DNA of 61,121 nt from a phage: NCBI GenBank assembly GCA_012008225.1, contig GCA_012008225.1_4768.1; one strand, given 5' to 3'. The notes under the pieces are model-generated. The model searched no databases and was not told where the DNA came from. It worked only from the letters and a program-made list of their open reading frames with translations. Positions 9,768 through 19,641 of the stretch are shown one piece after another (the first letter of the stretch is position 1; each line of letters opens with the position of its first letter). Made by a program: the position numbers and the translations under genes.

Positions 9768-12700
9768 TTACCCCAAAGCCATTCTTCTAATAGATCCACG
9801 GTTAGCAAAGTCTTGGAGTACCATGTTATAACCTTGTTGAGCGCCATCTCTTGCAGCCTGCTCAACTGCACTTTTCAAAGCCGCATCACCGTTACCTTGG
9901 ATATTAAAGTTCTGGTTAATGATAACACCACCACCCGAATTATTGCCAGTATTTGATTGTCCTTTGATAAAGTTAGTAAAGTCCGCGTTCTGTTGTGGGC
10001 TAAGAACTCGTTCACCTTTATTCAGAAGCCATGTACCCTCTTCTGGAACGTTCGATATACCATCGTGAGCCATACCAGTAAGAGCGACACTGGACAATGT
10101 CGAGATAATGTTAGCACCAGCGGCCGCAATGGTCGCGTAGTTGGCCATTTTCTGCATCGGTGTCAGTGCTGTCGGGTCAGCTAACACCTGCGACAGTGCG
10201 GTAGTGATACTTAACATCGACTGTGCAATACTGAACGATTTAGACAGTGCGAACATAACCCTGTAAGCACCACTCGCGTCATCACCAGCAGCCGCCATAA
10301 TTGTGGTCATTGACCCAGCCATAGAGCTTAGACTTTCAATGTAAGCCATTGCTGTCTGGTTCTGTGCGAGCATCTGTTTTTGAGCGTATTTCAACTGAAT
10401 GTCGTGTCGTATGCGCTCATAGTTCTCCTTGATAGCGGTTAGTTGCTCTTCTTTACCAGCAGCTAATTCAATCGCTGTTTCATACTGGGATTTAAGTGTT
10501 GCAAGTTCAGCAGCTTCTTGATCGGCAGCTTGTCCAGCAGGGTTCAACTCAGATTGCATCTGCGCACGTTTTGTATAATAATCCGCCTGCAGATTTAATC
10601 TAGCTGTATACGCCTGTTGCTCTGTCAATAAACCAGCTTCAAGTAACTGGTTTATTTCTTGCTGGGCTTCTTTGTATGCACGAACCATTGCAACACCTGG
10701 CTTATACTGCTCCGCCAGTTCTGCACGTTTCAAATCATACTTACGCTGGATAGCAAGCAATGCGTTCTGTAATTCTTCTTCAGATGCTTTAGCTCGTTCA
10801 GCTTTATCGCGAATAGCACGAACTTCAGCTTCTTGCTGTAAGTTAAGACGCTGTAAACCAGTAGCACCACGCGCTTCCACACGTTCATATGCTTTATCCC
10901 ATTGTTCGGCATAACGTGCGGCAGCTTTATTGTCTTTCTTATTCTGACGCTCTTTTTCTTGCTGTTCATGGATCTTCTTCTGAGCGTCATAGTTCTTTCC
11001 AGACAAGTTGATAAATTCAACTAAACCTCGTTGCTCATCTGTCAATACAGCAGTTGCGTCAGCGTGACCGCTAATGTAATTCTTGATGAACGCTTCGTTT
11101 TCTTTATACTTTTTACCAAGAGCCGTCTGAGCATCTTTCAGGATGCTTGCTTGTCGTGCATGACCAGACATCTTCAATTGAGCAACATCGAACTCATTAT
11201 TCTGAGCTTGGATTGCACTGACTAGCTCCTGCGAACGACCGGCAGCAGAACTGATGTTAATAGTCAACTGCTCGTTTTCTGCTTTGAGTGCATCAGTATG
11301 ACCCATTACAGCAGCAGTTAAATTGTTCAGTACAGTCGTTAAGTTAGATTTAACTTGTTGTGCCTTTTGCTCAAGAGTGGATATCTCACCAATCTTAATA
11401 GCAACGTCACCTTCTAACTCCTTACGGTCTTTAGTGAGTCGGTTATACTCGCTTGTTCCTTCAGTCGCTTCAGCTTGATAGCGCGTTACTGTGCTAAGAC
11501 GGTTCTTTAATTCAGCCAACTCTCTGTTTTCAGCAGCAATCTGTTCGTCTAACGTAATAGCGGCACGTTGCAACTGAACACTAAGAGCTCGTTGCTGTTC
11601 AAGAGTTGTTTCTTTTAACTTGTTCTTTAAGTCTTCCTGAGAAGATGCAAGGTTCTGTGCATCCTGAACGGCTTGTTTACTGTTTTGACTCCACATGAAC
11701 CATGCGGCAGCAGCCAATGTGACCACACCTACAGGTCCACCCATCAGTCCCATTACCGTTCGCAAGCCGGTCATGGTAACAGTAAGCACACGGGACGCTA
11801 CAGTCGCGGCAGCCATACGCGCCTGCATGGTAGTCTGGGCAATAGCAACCGCTTCCGTAGCTTCGCGTACCTGCCGCGTATTCTGCATGTATGCGTTGAG
11901 TGTCGCTATACCTTTATAATACGTTTGGTTGGCTTGCAATGCTGCCTGAATCTTGGTGCGCTCGGCTGCAACTTGTGCTAACGTTGCTTGTGCTTCGTTA
12001 TAGCGAGCTACTGCGGATCGTGTGATACCATCAATAGTCTTAATGTTTATAGCCGAGCTACTTGCCTGTATTGCATTGAGCTTGATGAATGCTGCAATTT
12101 GTGCGGCCAGGGCAGTGATCATTCGACCGCCAACAATAGCAGCAACACCGATTGCCGTATTAGACAGCAAGGTGAGGTGGTCTGTAGCAGTTTCGATCAC
12201 GGCACCCATAGAATTGACCACAGTTTGTACTGAGGTCGACGTTCCCGCGAATTTAATTAAGTTGTTATTCGCAATCTCCATTCGTTGCGAGAACGTTGGT
12301 ATCGTACGACCAAACTCATCATCAATGGTGGATGCAGCTTTAGAAATGGAGTTAATAACAACGTCAGCGGTCAACTGTCCAGTGTTGGCCATCTGGCGAA
12401 GACCAGCAGTACCGACACCAAGACCATCTGCAATCATCTTACCAAGACGAGGAGCCTGTTCCATTACAGAACGGAATTCATCCCCACGTAACACACCAGA
12501 TTGCAAACCCTGTGAGAACTGAATAATAGCAGCAGTAGATTCAGCAGTAGTTGCACCTGAAACAATCATTGCCTTGTTAATTGTTTCAGTAATCTGAGCG
12601 ACCTGCTTACCAGTTACACCGTACTGGTTCAGCGAACGTTCCATACGAGCATAAAGAGTTGACGTAGCTTCCAGGCTCGTACGAGTTCTTTGAGCAATAC

Positions 12701-13028
12701 CAAATACTCGCTCTTGGATGTCAACCATCTGCTCGTTTGCAGAGTTGGCGTTAGCAAGTTTGTTTGTAACGTCCAACCACGCATCTGATAACTTAGCAAG
12801 CCCACCGACGTAGGATGTCAGTGTGGTTACAGTCATTACCGTATAGATTGCACTAATGGCTTGATGGAACGCGTCAGCACTTGTAGCCGCACGTTGAAAA
12901 CCATTCTCCATACGCGAGCTGACAGTCTCAACTCTTACACCTGCCGCTTGCAAGCGTCGCAGTGCTGTTTCCGCATTCTGGATACCTTCAGCACGGACTC
13001 TAATGACGATGTCAGCTGCATCAGCCAT
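9768..13028 (-). CDS. Tail tape measure protein
   Basis: 1086 aa, Ala/Gln-rich coiled-coil composition with hydrophobic central segments; strong SD AAAGGAGGT before ATG at 13028; lies downstream of chaperone frameshift pair. Confidence 0.9.
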   Translation of the reverse strand: MADAADIVIRVRAEGIQNAETALRRLQAAGVRVETVSSRMENGFQRAATSADAFHQAISAIYTVMTVTTLTSYVGGLAKLSDAWLDVTNKLANANSANEQMVDIQERVFGIAQRTRTSLEATSTLYARMERSLNQYGVTGKQVAQITETINKAMIVSGATTAESTAAIIQFSQGLQSGVLRGDEFRSVMEQAPRLGKMIADGLGVGTAGLRQMANTGQLTADVVINSISKAASTIDDEFGRTIPTFSQRMEIANNNLIKFAGTSTSVQTVVNSMGAVIETATDHLTLLSNTAIGVAAIVGGRMITALAAQIAAFIKLNAIQASSSAINIKTIDGITRSAVARYNEAQATLAQVAAERTKIQAALQANQTYYKGIATLNAYMQNTRQVREATEAVAIAQTTMQARMAAATVASRVLTVTMTGLRTVMGLMGGPVGVVTLAAAAWFMWSQNSKQAVQDAQNLASSQEDLKNKLKETTLEQQRALSVQLQRAAITLDEQIAAENRELAELKNRLSTVTRYQAEATEGTSEYNRLTKDRKELEGDVAIKIGEISTLEQKAQQVKSNLTTVLNNLTAAVMGHTDALKAENEQLTINISSAAGRSQELVSAIQAQNNEFDVAQLKMSGHARQASILKDAQTALGKKYKENEAFIKNYISGHADATAVLTDEQRGLVEFINLSGKNYDAQKKIHEQQEKERQNKKDNKAAARYAEQWDKAYERVEARGATGLQRLNLQQEAEVRAIRDKAERAKASEEELQNALLAIQRKYDLKRAELAEQYKPGVAMVRAYKEAQQEINQLLEAGLLTEQQAYTARLNLQADYYTKRAQMQSELNPAGQAADQEAAELATLKSQYETAIELAAGKEEQLTAIKENYERIRHDIQLKYAQKQMLAQNQTAMAYIESLSSMAGSMTTIMAAAGDDASGAYRVMFALSKSFSIAQSMLSITTALSQVLADPTALTPMQKMANYATIAAAGANIISTLSSVALTGMAHDGISNVPEEGTWLLNKGERVLSPQQNADFTNFIKGQSNTGNNSGGGVIINQNFNIQGNGDAALKSAVEQAARDGAQQGYNMVLQDFANRGSIRRMALG

Positions 13029-13839
13029 TATTTACCTCCTTTATTATTTGCTTGAGCGTGATTTATGAGTTCTTGTTGACGTCTAATATCAAACGCTTGT
13101 CTTTCAAGGCAAATCTGTCGAATTAATTCACGCTCTCTAAACTCAAGTTCTACACCTATGTATTCTTGCCAGGCGTTAAATTCGCTGTAACTGAATTTAT
13201 CACCATTATAAAAGTCAAGAAATAGCTTGTAAATGTATCTGAGTTCGTGCGGTACGGAGCTGGATTCGTACTTTGCTAGTAAGGATGGAGTCTTACTAGT
13301 GACTTTTTTAACGTGCTGGAGATGCTTAATTGTTGGAGTCTTACTGCCCGCCGGGCAACTGTGCAATTGCCATTCGAGCAGTAAGTGATCAATTAGCTTT
13401 TCGCGGGATCTTAGAAAAAAAGGGAATCTTGCGCTGCCAGACGATTAATGTCGTCATAAGCAAACGGGTTATTATTAAAGAATTCCATGAGGTTGTCTTC
13501 GTTGCATTCTTCTTCGAAGCTCCACGAAGCAACCAGCTTACAGAACGCTCGCATATTGATGTCATCGAGCATATCTTTATCAATTTTTTCAAAAGATCCG
13601 TTAGCAACGACAAGCGCACTAATCTGACGTTGTGCTTTTAAATCCGCTTGACGGAATTCTTCGCTGTGGCGGTTGCGAATTTTCAACCAGTGACCTGTAT
13701 CGCCCTGTCCTGGGAAAACAAGCGGGTAATGCAGCAGCGGAGCGTTTTCTAATTTCTTTTTCAAGTTAAAGTCACGGAAAGATGCACTAACAGCTTTCTT
13801 TGCAACTTCAGTAGATACTTGTTTGTTTTCTGAGGGCAT
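13028..13839 (-). CDS. Tail assembly chaperone G-T fusion made by -1 programmed frameshift
   Basis: -1 frame is open from the slippery heptamer through 13028; frame arithmetic confirmed (G codons start at coordinate = 0 mod 3, T frame = 1 mod 3). Confidence 0.55.
13411..13839 (-). CDS. Tail assembly chaperone (lambda G-like)
   Basis: 142 aa; ATG at 13839 with AAGGAA upstream; ends ...DSLFF-stop on the slippery site. Confidence 0.7.
   Translation of the reverse strand: MPSENKQVSTEVAKKAVSASFRDFNLKKKLENAPLLHYPLVFPGQGDTGHWLKIRNRHSEEFRQADLKAQRQISALVVANGSFEKIDKDMLDDINMRAFCKLVASWSFEEECNEDNLMEFFNNNPFAYDDINRLAAQDSLFF
13414..13420 (-). other. Slippery heptamer T_TTT_TTC for -1 ribosomal frameshift
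   Basis: Minus-strand sequence CTT TTT TTC TAA at the end of the G ORF; X_XXY_YYZ pattern. Confidence 0.55.
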
Positions 13840-13879
13840 AATCGTTCCTTAATAAAACGGGGTTTACACCCCGTTTCAA

Positions 13880-15061
13880 TTACTCACCAGGATTAACAGC
13901 AACAAGGCAAGGCGTGCTCGGTATAGTACGCCCATGTGAATCTGTTACTTCACACACATACTGACCAGCATCCGCTTCTTGCGCGTTAGATTTAGTGTAC
14001 GTCGCTTGTTTAGCATCTGGAATAACAACCCCACCTTTCTTCCACACATAGGTATAAGGTTCTGCACCACCTTTGACCACAACTGAAAGTGTTAGCGCCT
14101 GCCCTTTAGTGATTGTCTTATTAGCGGTAAGATCCGTCGTGAAAGACATTGGAGGAAGTTTGGTAATACGAATGCTGTAACCTTCGTCCTGATCCAATAG
14201 ACCAGTATAACTCATGTTCAGCATAATATCGCCTTCGCCATCGATTGGACGCGGAGCTTCCGTAATCTTGATACGGGGCATACTGAAGCGATAACCAGCA
14301 CCAGTTGTGCCGTCCAGGATATCAATAGTCAGGTCACTTTCCTGTTCGTTCAGGAACTTACTACGCAGTTTGTTATCTTCGTAGTAGGCGGTCAGTGTAC
14401 CACTGATCTGACGACGTTTAGAGCTTGGCTTGATAGAGAACTTGGAACCAACAACGAAACGTGGCTCAATGCCGTTCTCAAGGTTAATCGCCATCTCAGT
14501 GATAACATCAACAGACACATCACCCATAGTTAGCTTACCAGAGAAGCCATCCATAGGGGAGGTGGTTGTACGAGTACCTTTAGTTAGACCGGACGGAAGA
14601 GTAGCTGCCTGTTCCATTGTACGACCAACGATACCAAATTCCACGCTGGTGATAGCTTCAGCACTTACAGTGATTGCAAGACTGTTAACTTCACAACCGC
14701 GATAGATGGTATACGGGAAGTCGGGAATGTCCGCGTTATAGTCAATAAAGGTAAAAGACTGGCGCTCGATGCTTGCGGTCAACACTTCACCCGCAAACGT
14801 ACCACGTAATGCACCACCCAACAGGTCATCAAATGTCTCATAAGACAGTTCACCCGTTGCTGTACCTTCTACGTGACGAGCACCAAGACGGAAATCCGCC
14901 ACTTCCGCGTCATCTCGAATTTCTTCAGATTGCAGAGTAGCGATTTTAATATCAAGACCCGATTTAGTAGCACGAAAGACCTTCAGAGTTCCGCTAGACG
15001 GAGTGACACCGGAGGTCTGTTCTTTGATGTAATAGCTACTATAACGTGAACCTTCAGCCAT
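13880..15061 (-). CDS. Major tail protein with C-terminal Ig-like domain
   Basis: 393 aa; ATG at 15061 with AGAGGA upstream; C-terminal ~90 aa resemble a bacterial Ig-like domain (TLSVVVKGGAEPYTYVWKKGG...YVCEVTDSHG); position upstream of chaperones. Confidence 0.75.
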   Translation of the reverse strand: MAEGSRYSSYYIKEQTSGVTPSSGTLKVFRATKSGLDIKIATLQSEEIRDDAEVADFRLGARHVEGTATGELSYETFDDLLGGALRGTFAGEVLTASIERQSFTFIDYNADIPDFPYTIYRGCEVNSLAITVSAEAITSVEFGIVGRTMEQAATLPSGLTKGTRTTTSPMDGFSGKLTMGDVSVDVITEMAINLENGIEPRFVVGSKFSIKPSSKRRQISGTLTAYYEDNKLRSKFLNEQESDLTIDILDGTTGAGYRFSMPRIKITEAPRPIDGEGDIMLNMSYTGLLDQDEGYSIRITKLPPMSFTTDLTANKTITKGQALTLSVVVKGGAEPYTYVWKKGGVVIPDAKQATYTKSNAQEADAGQYVCEVTDSHGRTIPSTPCLVAVNPGE

Positions 15062-15063
15062 CG

Positions 15064-15531
15064 TTATATCCTCTGTTTAGGCTCACGTGCGAGCCAGTAG
15101 ATTGTTACATATTGAGCATCCCAAACACCTTCAACACCACCGCGAGTGAAGTCTGCAATTGACGTTTGCCCACCTTGAGAAAACGTCTTTCTTGTCAGTC
15201 TTAACATGCAGCCATCCGGTGCCTGGAGCTGTCTTGGTACACTAAAGATTTTACTCACATGTCCAAGAACAGCATTAGATTCTTCAATACCAGTATTCAA
15301 TTGTGAATATACACCAATCTGTAAAAACCCACGCATTTCATTATCGCCATAAGGGCCTAACGTTACAGGATCTTCACTGGATGGGGTATTGATAATCTTT
15401 AACCACACTTTAAAGCCGCTGGCATCAAATGTCAAGTTCTTCCACGCCATAGCGTGTGACATTTCAGCATAGTTATTCACTAAATGTGATTTCAGGGTAT
15501 CTTCGACCCATTGAAACGGATACGGGATCAT
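15064..15531 (-). CDS. Tail terminator / tail completion protein (by position)
   Basis: 155 aa ORF directly upstream of major tail protein gene; GGGAG before ATG at 15531. Confidence 0.45.
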   Translation of the reverse strand: MIPYPFQWVEDTLKSHLVNNYAEMSHAMAWKNLTFDASGFKVWLKIINTPSSEDPVTLGPYGDNEMRGFLQIGVYSQLNTGIEESNAVLGHVSKIFSVPRQLQAPDGCMLRLTRKTFSQGGQTSIADFTRGGVEGVWDAQYVTIYWLAREPKQRI

Positions 15532-15947
15532 TTATCAAAGCTCCCAAGTTTAAATCCACTGAATGCCTGTCCACCTCTTGCGATGTTCTTACGCAACATA
15601 CCGTTCGGAGCTTGCTTACTGTAACCCTCATATTCAATCTTCTGAGCATAAGGTTTACCGTTACCAAAATAAATATCCCAATCTTGATGGATTGGGAGAT
15701 ATCTTATTTTAGTAAACAATCTTTGTTTGGTAGCAGCTCCGGACGGGTCTTCCGGTAGATTGTCCTCAATAAGGTCGGGTGATTTCTGTATCTGCCAACT
15801 TCCGCGTAATCCACCGTCCTTAACAGGAGTGTCATCAACAACAGCACTAACGAAGCCATAAAGTCTTTGTTTCACCTCACCTGCGGCTTTTTGCATAGCT
15901 CTTAATTGAGCACTGGTAAATTGATCACGGAAGCTCTTCTTAGCCAT
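15528..15947 (-). CDS. Head-tail joining / neck protein (by position)
   Basis: 139 aa ORF; ATG overlaps upstream stop (TAATG). Confidence 0.45.
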   Translation of the reverse strand: MAKKSFRDQFTSAQLRAMQKAAGEVKQRLYGFVSAVVDDTPVKDGGLRGSWQIQKSPDLIEDNLPEDPSGAATKQRLFTKIRYLPIHQDWDIYFGNGKPYAQKIEYEGYSKQAPNGMLRKNIARGGQAFSGFKLGSFDK

Positions 15948-16321
15948 TAGGAACCGACCTTAACGTAACTAATGATTGTAGTTCCACCCGCACCGATAGG
16001 CTCAACTGCATTGACCGTAAACGAACGACCTTTGTGGTCAATAAATTTAAAACCAATGCAGTCTTCCAGGCTAACACCTTCAGGTTCGTAGGTAATGAAC
16101 ACTTTTTCACCTTGAAGGATTATGCTACCGTTTACGTTAGTCTTTGACTGCTCATCATAGAACAAACGTAGTGGTATTTCCTGTTCCTTAAAAGTCGGAG
16201 CCCAGGGCTTTGATTCACTTCCCTCTTCTTTTACTTTGACAATGAGTGTTCCATCGAAACCAATTTCTTGGTCGTTCAACATCTCATGTGCCATTGCAAT
16301 AAACTCTGAAGCAATTGTCAT
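15947..16321 (-). CDS. Head-tail joining / neck protein (by position)
   Basis: 124 aa ORF; ATGA overlap with upstream gene. Confidence 0.45.
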   Translation of the reverse strand: MTIASEFIAMAHEMLNDQEIGFDGTLIVKVKEEGSESKPWAPTFKEQEIPLRLFYDEQSKTNVNGSIILQGEKVFITYEPEGVSLEDCIGFKFIDHKGRSFTVNAVEPIGAGGTTIISYVKVGS

Positions 16322-16827
16322 CGTATTACTCCTTGTGATCCAGAGCTTCGTAGGTAGTCATTTATCAAAGCCCAGAAACGTGGATGTGGTGTTGCGCTTT
16401 CTAACACAGCACTCTGACCGACTGCGTATTCAAGTGTCAGTGGACCAAGAACACGCTTTTTCAGTGCGTAGTTGGTACTGTTACTTAATAACGGCTTACC
16501 GCTCTGCACCGTATCCGCGACCAGTTGGGCCTGTGCCCGCTTAATTGCTACAGGTATGGTGTTACCTGGAATCTCTACACCGTCGCTGTATAAGCCGCTG
16601 CGCGGGAATTGTAGCTCCTGATCCTGGTTGGTGCGCTTACCCTTATAGCGGTTAAGACTCTCCATAAAATCCATCGCATTGATAAGCATAGGTTTCAGCT
16701 TATCCTCTGCGGGAACCTTAAGTCCACGGTCTTCTAAATACTGCGTAGCATATTCAACATCAATATAGCTATTTGCATTAGGTACACAAGACCCATCTTC
16801 AACAATGATAGTCACAGCCATATGCAC
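16318..16827 (-). CDS. Head completion / connector protein (by position)
   Basis: 169 aa ORF in head-tail joining block. Confidence 0.45.
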   Translation of the reverse strand: MHMAVTIIVEDGSCVPNANSYIDVEYATQYLEDRGLKVPAEDKLKPMLINAMDFMESLNRYKGKRTNQDQELQFPRSGLYSDGVEIPGNTIPVAIKRAQAQLVADTVQSGKPLLSNSTNYALKKRVLGPLTLEYAVGQSAVLESATPHPRFWALINDYLRSSGSQGVIR

Positions 16828-16828
16828 C

Positions 16829-17158
16829 TCAAGCGATATCTATTGTAGCATTAAGAATTTGACCGTCTGCGCTTATAATTTTAATATCATATCTTGCAGC
16901 GGACGATTTGTTGATTGTAAAGGTCTGCAAGTCAAACTGGTTTTGTGAAACTAGTTCTTTATCTTTAAAGACCTGTACAACGTAAGGCGTCTGGCCATTC
17001 TGCCACGTCATAACGTAATCAGTATCTACGACACCTGTCGACGGGGGCGGCGTTACCCACCCCAGGACACCGCTTACAGGGTTCAACGTGGCATCTCGAC
17101 GACGTCTGTTACGTTGCATCGTATGAAACAAGAACTTTTTGTCTGTTCGAAATGCCAT
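16829..17158 (-). CDS. Hypothetical virion protein
   Basis: 109 aa ORF in morphogenesis block. Confidence 0.45.
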   Translation of the reverse strand: MAFRTDKKFLFHTMQRNRRRRDATLNPVSGVLGWVTPPPSTGVVDTDYVMTWQNGQTPYVVQVFKDKELVSQNQFDLQTFTINKSSAARYDIKIISADGQILNATIDIA

Positions 17159-17166
17159 ATGTCACC

Positions 17167-17838
17167 TTAACGAGTGCGGATACCGTTACGAACAACCATA
17201 CGAGGTTGATTGACCACATGTGGTACTTGAGCCATCTGGTCGCGGAAAGATGCTAACGTGTGAGCCAGCTCTGTCTTAGGCTTACGACGTTCAATTTCCG
17301 TGTTAACTTTTGCATACAGTTTAGCACGAGATTCAACAAGTTCGTGCATTGCAGATAACATCTGGTTGTCTGCGTTAACTTGTTCCGAAAGAACTTTTTC
17401 ATATTCCTTAAGCTCTTCCACAGAAACAGTGTCAAAGTCAATGTCTGGAATATCTTTCAGCATTGCTTTAACTGTATCGCTTACGTTGACTTCTAGAGCT
17501 ATTCGCGCAGTGACAAGTGATTTACCGTTAGCAGTTTCCTTATCTGCTTTAACCTTAGATAAGGACTCATATTGTGCATTGTCGGTATCTGCAACAACTT
17601 CCGTCTGTTCGGTTTCCTGCATGGAGGAAGTGTCATGCTTTTCTTCATGTTCAACGTCCTCAATTACAGGATTTGAACGAGTGAACCCAGGAGCAACAGA
17701 ATTAACATCTTCTCGCGTGACGGACGGGCCAACTGTAAACTTCAGTGCTTCAATTTTAGGCAGACCATCGGCAGTCCAATGATTGTCGTTCTCAACATTG
17801 AGTTTACGAAGCCCTTCAATGATCTTGTCTTTCATCAT
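17167..17838 (-). CDS. Acidic coiled-coil morphogenesis protein
   Basis: 223 aa, Glu/Asp/Lys-rich. Confidence 0.45.
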   Translation of the reverse strand: MMKDKIIEGLRKLNVENDNHWTADGLPKIEALKFTVGPSVTREDVNSVAPGFTRSNPVIEDVEHEEKHDTSSMQETEQTEVVADTDNAQYESLSKVKADKETANGKSLVTARIALEVNVSDTVKAMLKDIPDIDFDTVSVEELKEYEKVLSEQVNADNQMLSAMHELVESRAKLYAKVNTEIERRKPKTELAHTLASFRDQMAQVPHVVNQPRMVVRNGIRTR

Positions 17839-17907
17839 TCATTCCTCAAAATAAAAGGTGTTACAAGCGAAGTGTAACACCCTTTAAAACATCTAGCAAT
17901 TTAACGT

Positions 17908-18342
17908 TTACACTACAGAAGCAGCAGACCAGGCTTGCGTTAATGCAGTTCCCGTAACTTCTGTCCCATAACTGTCTTCAACGGTACAGTTGACACTGAA
18001 CGTTTTACCCAGCATACCTTCTGGAGCTGTACCAGAGATCTTAGCTTTATTAACGTCTGTGTTTTGAAGGGATAACGCATCACCAGTTCCAGCAGCAATC
18101 TTGAACTTATAAATATAAGAACCATCGTCTGCTGGATCTACTTCTTTAGCACGAATGTAGAAAGTTAGCGGTGTACTCACTTTCATAAGACCAGCAGGGA
18201 TTGTATCCTGCCAACCGCTTTCACCGTCAGCTGAATATTGGACTTTACCTACAGTCTTAATTTTCTCTTTAGGTGTTGCATCCGAACCGTGACGTTCGTG
18301 TCGTACATAACGGCGGTGTCTTGAGTGACGTTGATAACGCAT
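17908..18342 (-). CDS. Putative head decoration protein with Ig-like domain
   Basis: ATG at 18342 preceded by AGGAGGAAAC (ORF-track start 18369 is further upstream); Arg/His-rich N-terminus then beta-rich domain; directly downstream of capsid gene. Confidence 0.5.
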   Translation of the reverse strand: MRYQRHSRHRRYVRHERHGSDATPKEKIKTVGKVQYSADGESGWQDTIPAGLMKVSTPLTFYIRAKEVDPADDGSYIYKFKIAAGTGDALSLQNTDVNKAKISGTAPEGMLGKTFSVNCTVEDSYGTEVTGTALTQAWSAASVV

Positions 18343-18358
18343 GTTTCCTCCTAACAAA

Positions 18359-18381
18359 AAAGGGACCATATAGGCCCCTTT
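18359..18381 (-). terminator. Hairpin (attenuator or weak terminator) downstream of major capsid gene
   Basis: 9 bp stem with one mismatch (AAAGGGACC / GGCCCCTTT), loop ATATA, followed on minus strand by UUGUU. Confidence 0.3.
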
Positions 18382-18399
18382 AATTACATGGCTAAAGCA

Positions 18400-19503
18400 T
18401 TAAGCGTGTTCGCGAGTGATCAGGCGAGCAATCTTAATCTGTTTACGCTCAGGGAATACACGAGCCCAGTTGGTAGCAGTTTTCAGAGCGGCGTTATCCG
18501 GACCACCTTCAGCAGCAGTACCAACCCATGCGTGACCGACAGGGTGAATGATGTTTTCCCAGCGGTGGAACAGGATTTCAGAACCACCACCTTTGTAGGA
18601 TGCAGGTTTACGTTCAGTTTCAACAGGAACTTTCGGTGAACCAACACCTAACTGGAATGCACCACGACCAACAAGCCAGGTTTCGTACTTACCGCTATCG
18701 TGAGGCATCATATCATCAACGATAACTTCACGACCCATGTAGGTCGGGATCATTACTTCAGCACGAGCATCCGGGATGAAGTCGATCAGGTTCATAAGCT
18801 GCATACGCTGGTAGACCACACTGTGAACCATCATCATGGACAGCTCGTTCAGGGAGTCACCCATAGTACCAGCAGCCAGGATAACACCAGCCGGGTTGAA
18901 GTTAGTTACACCGTCAGTGAAAGATGAACCAGAGATATCGTGGGTCATATCGTTCTGAACGTGAGTAGACTTCTTATCACCGGAACCAGTCGGAGCAGCG
19001 GCGTTCATAGCAAACACACCACCTACAGTTGCAACGAATGCACGTTGCAGACGGCTCTGACGGTAGCTTGCCACTAAGTTAATGATAGCATCCAGCGGGT
19101 CAGGGGAGATCAAGCTGTCCAGCAGGTCCGCGGAACCCCATGAATGGTTACGGGACAGACGGATCTGAATTTCACGCCCAGATTTGATACCACCAGGAGT
19201 AGAATCGGTTGAATCGCTTGCGCTTGAAACGTTTTCTTCGTCGCGATCCAGGTCTTTGAAGAAACGCTGGTTAAAGGTAGTACCTTCACCCATCAATGCA
19301 GCGTTAAGACGCTCAGAAATCTCAATAGCACCAGACTGAATCAGTCGGGACTTTTCAGTTGTGCGGTTCTGTACATACGGTACGAAGATCTCTGGAACGA
19401 TAACATCTGCAAGTTCAGTGATTGCACCACGACGAACAGCAGACAGAAGAATTGAATTGGTAGCTCGCAAATTAAGCATCGGAGCTGACAGAATTTTAGA
19501 CAT
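18400..19503 (-). CDS. Major capsid protein
   Basis: ATG at 19503 preceded by GGAGA (ORF-track TTG start at 19635); ~367 aa; codon choice looks typical of highly expressed genes; position after scaffold. Confidence 0.7.
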   Translation of the reverse strand: MSKILSAPMLNLRATNSILLSAVRRGAITELADVIVPEIFVPYVQNRTTEKSRLIQSGAIEISERLNAALMGEGTTFNQRFFKDLDRDEENVSSASDSTDSTPGGIKSGREIQIRLSRNHSWGSADLLDSLISPDPLDAIINLVASYRQSRLQRAFVATVGGVFAMNAAAPTGSGDKKSTHVQNDMTHDISGSSFTDGVTNFNPAGVILAAGTMGDSLNELSMMMVHSVVYQRMQLMNLIDFIPDARAEVMIPTYMGREVIVDDMMPHDSGKYETWLVGRGAFQLGVGSPKVPVETERKPASYKGGGSEILFHRWENIIHPVGHAWVGTAAEGGPDNAALKTATNWARVFPERKQIKIARLITREHA

Positions 19504-19641
19504 GGTAGTCTCCGCAAAGTTAATCGATTTACTTTGGAACTCTACCGCCGTGGGAGGCTCCAATAATCCTTGATTGATCGGAGCCCGTGCTCCGGTTGAT
19601 GTAAAACTAACACCAACCGGAGGGAGTGTCAACAAATTTTA

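Noticed and set aside
12022-12522. 166-aa plus-strand ORF (and similar antisense ORFs at 17300-17782, 45507-46046, 46399-46902, 50461-50748)
   Set aside because: Shadow ORFs fully embedded antisense or out of frame within long, well-supported genes; no SD and odd composition
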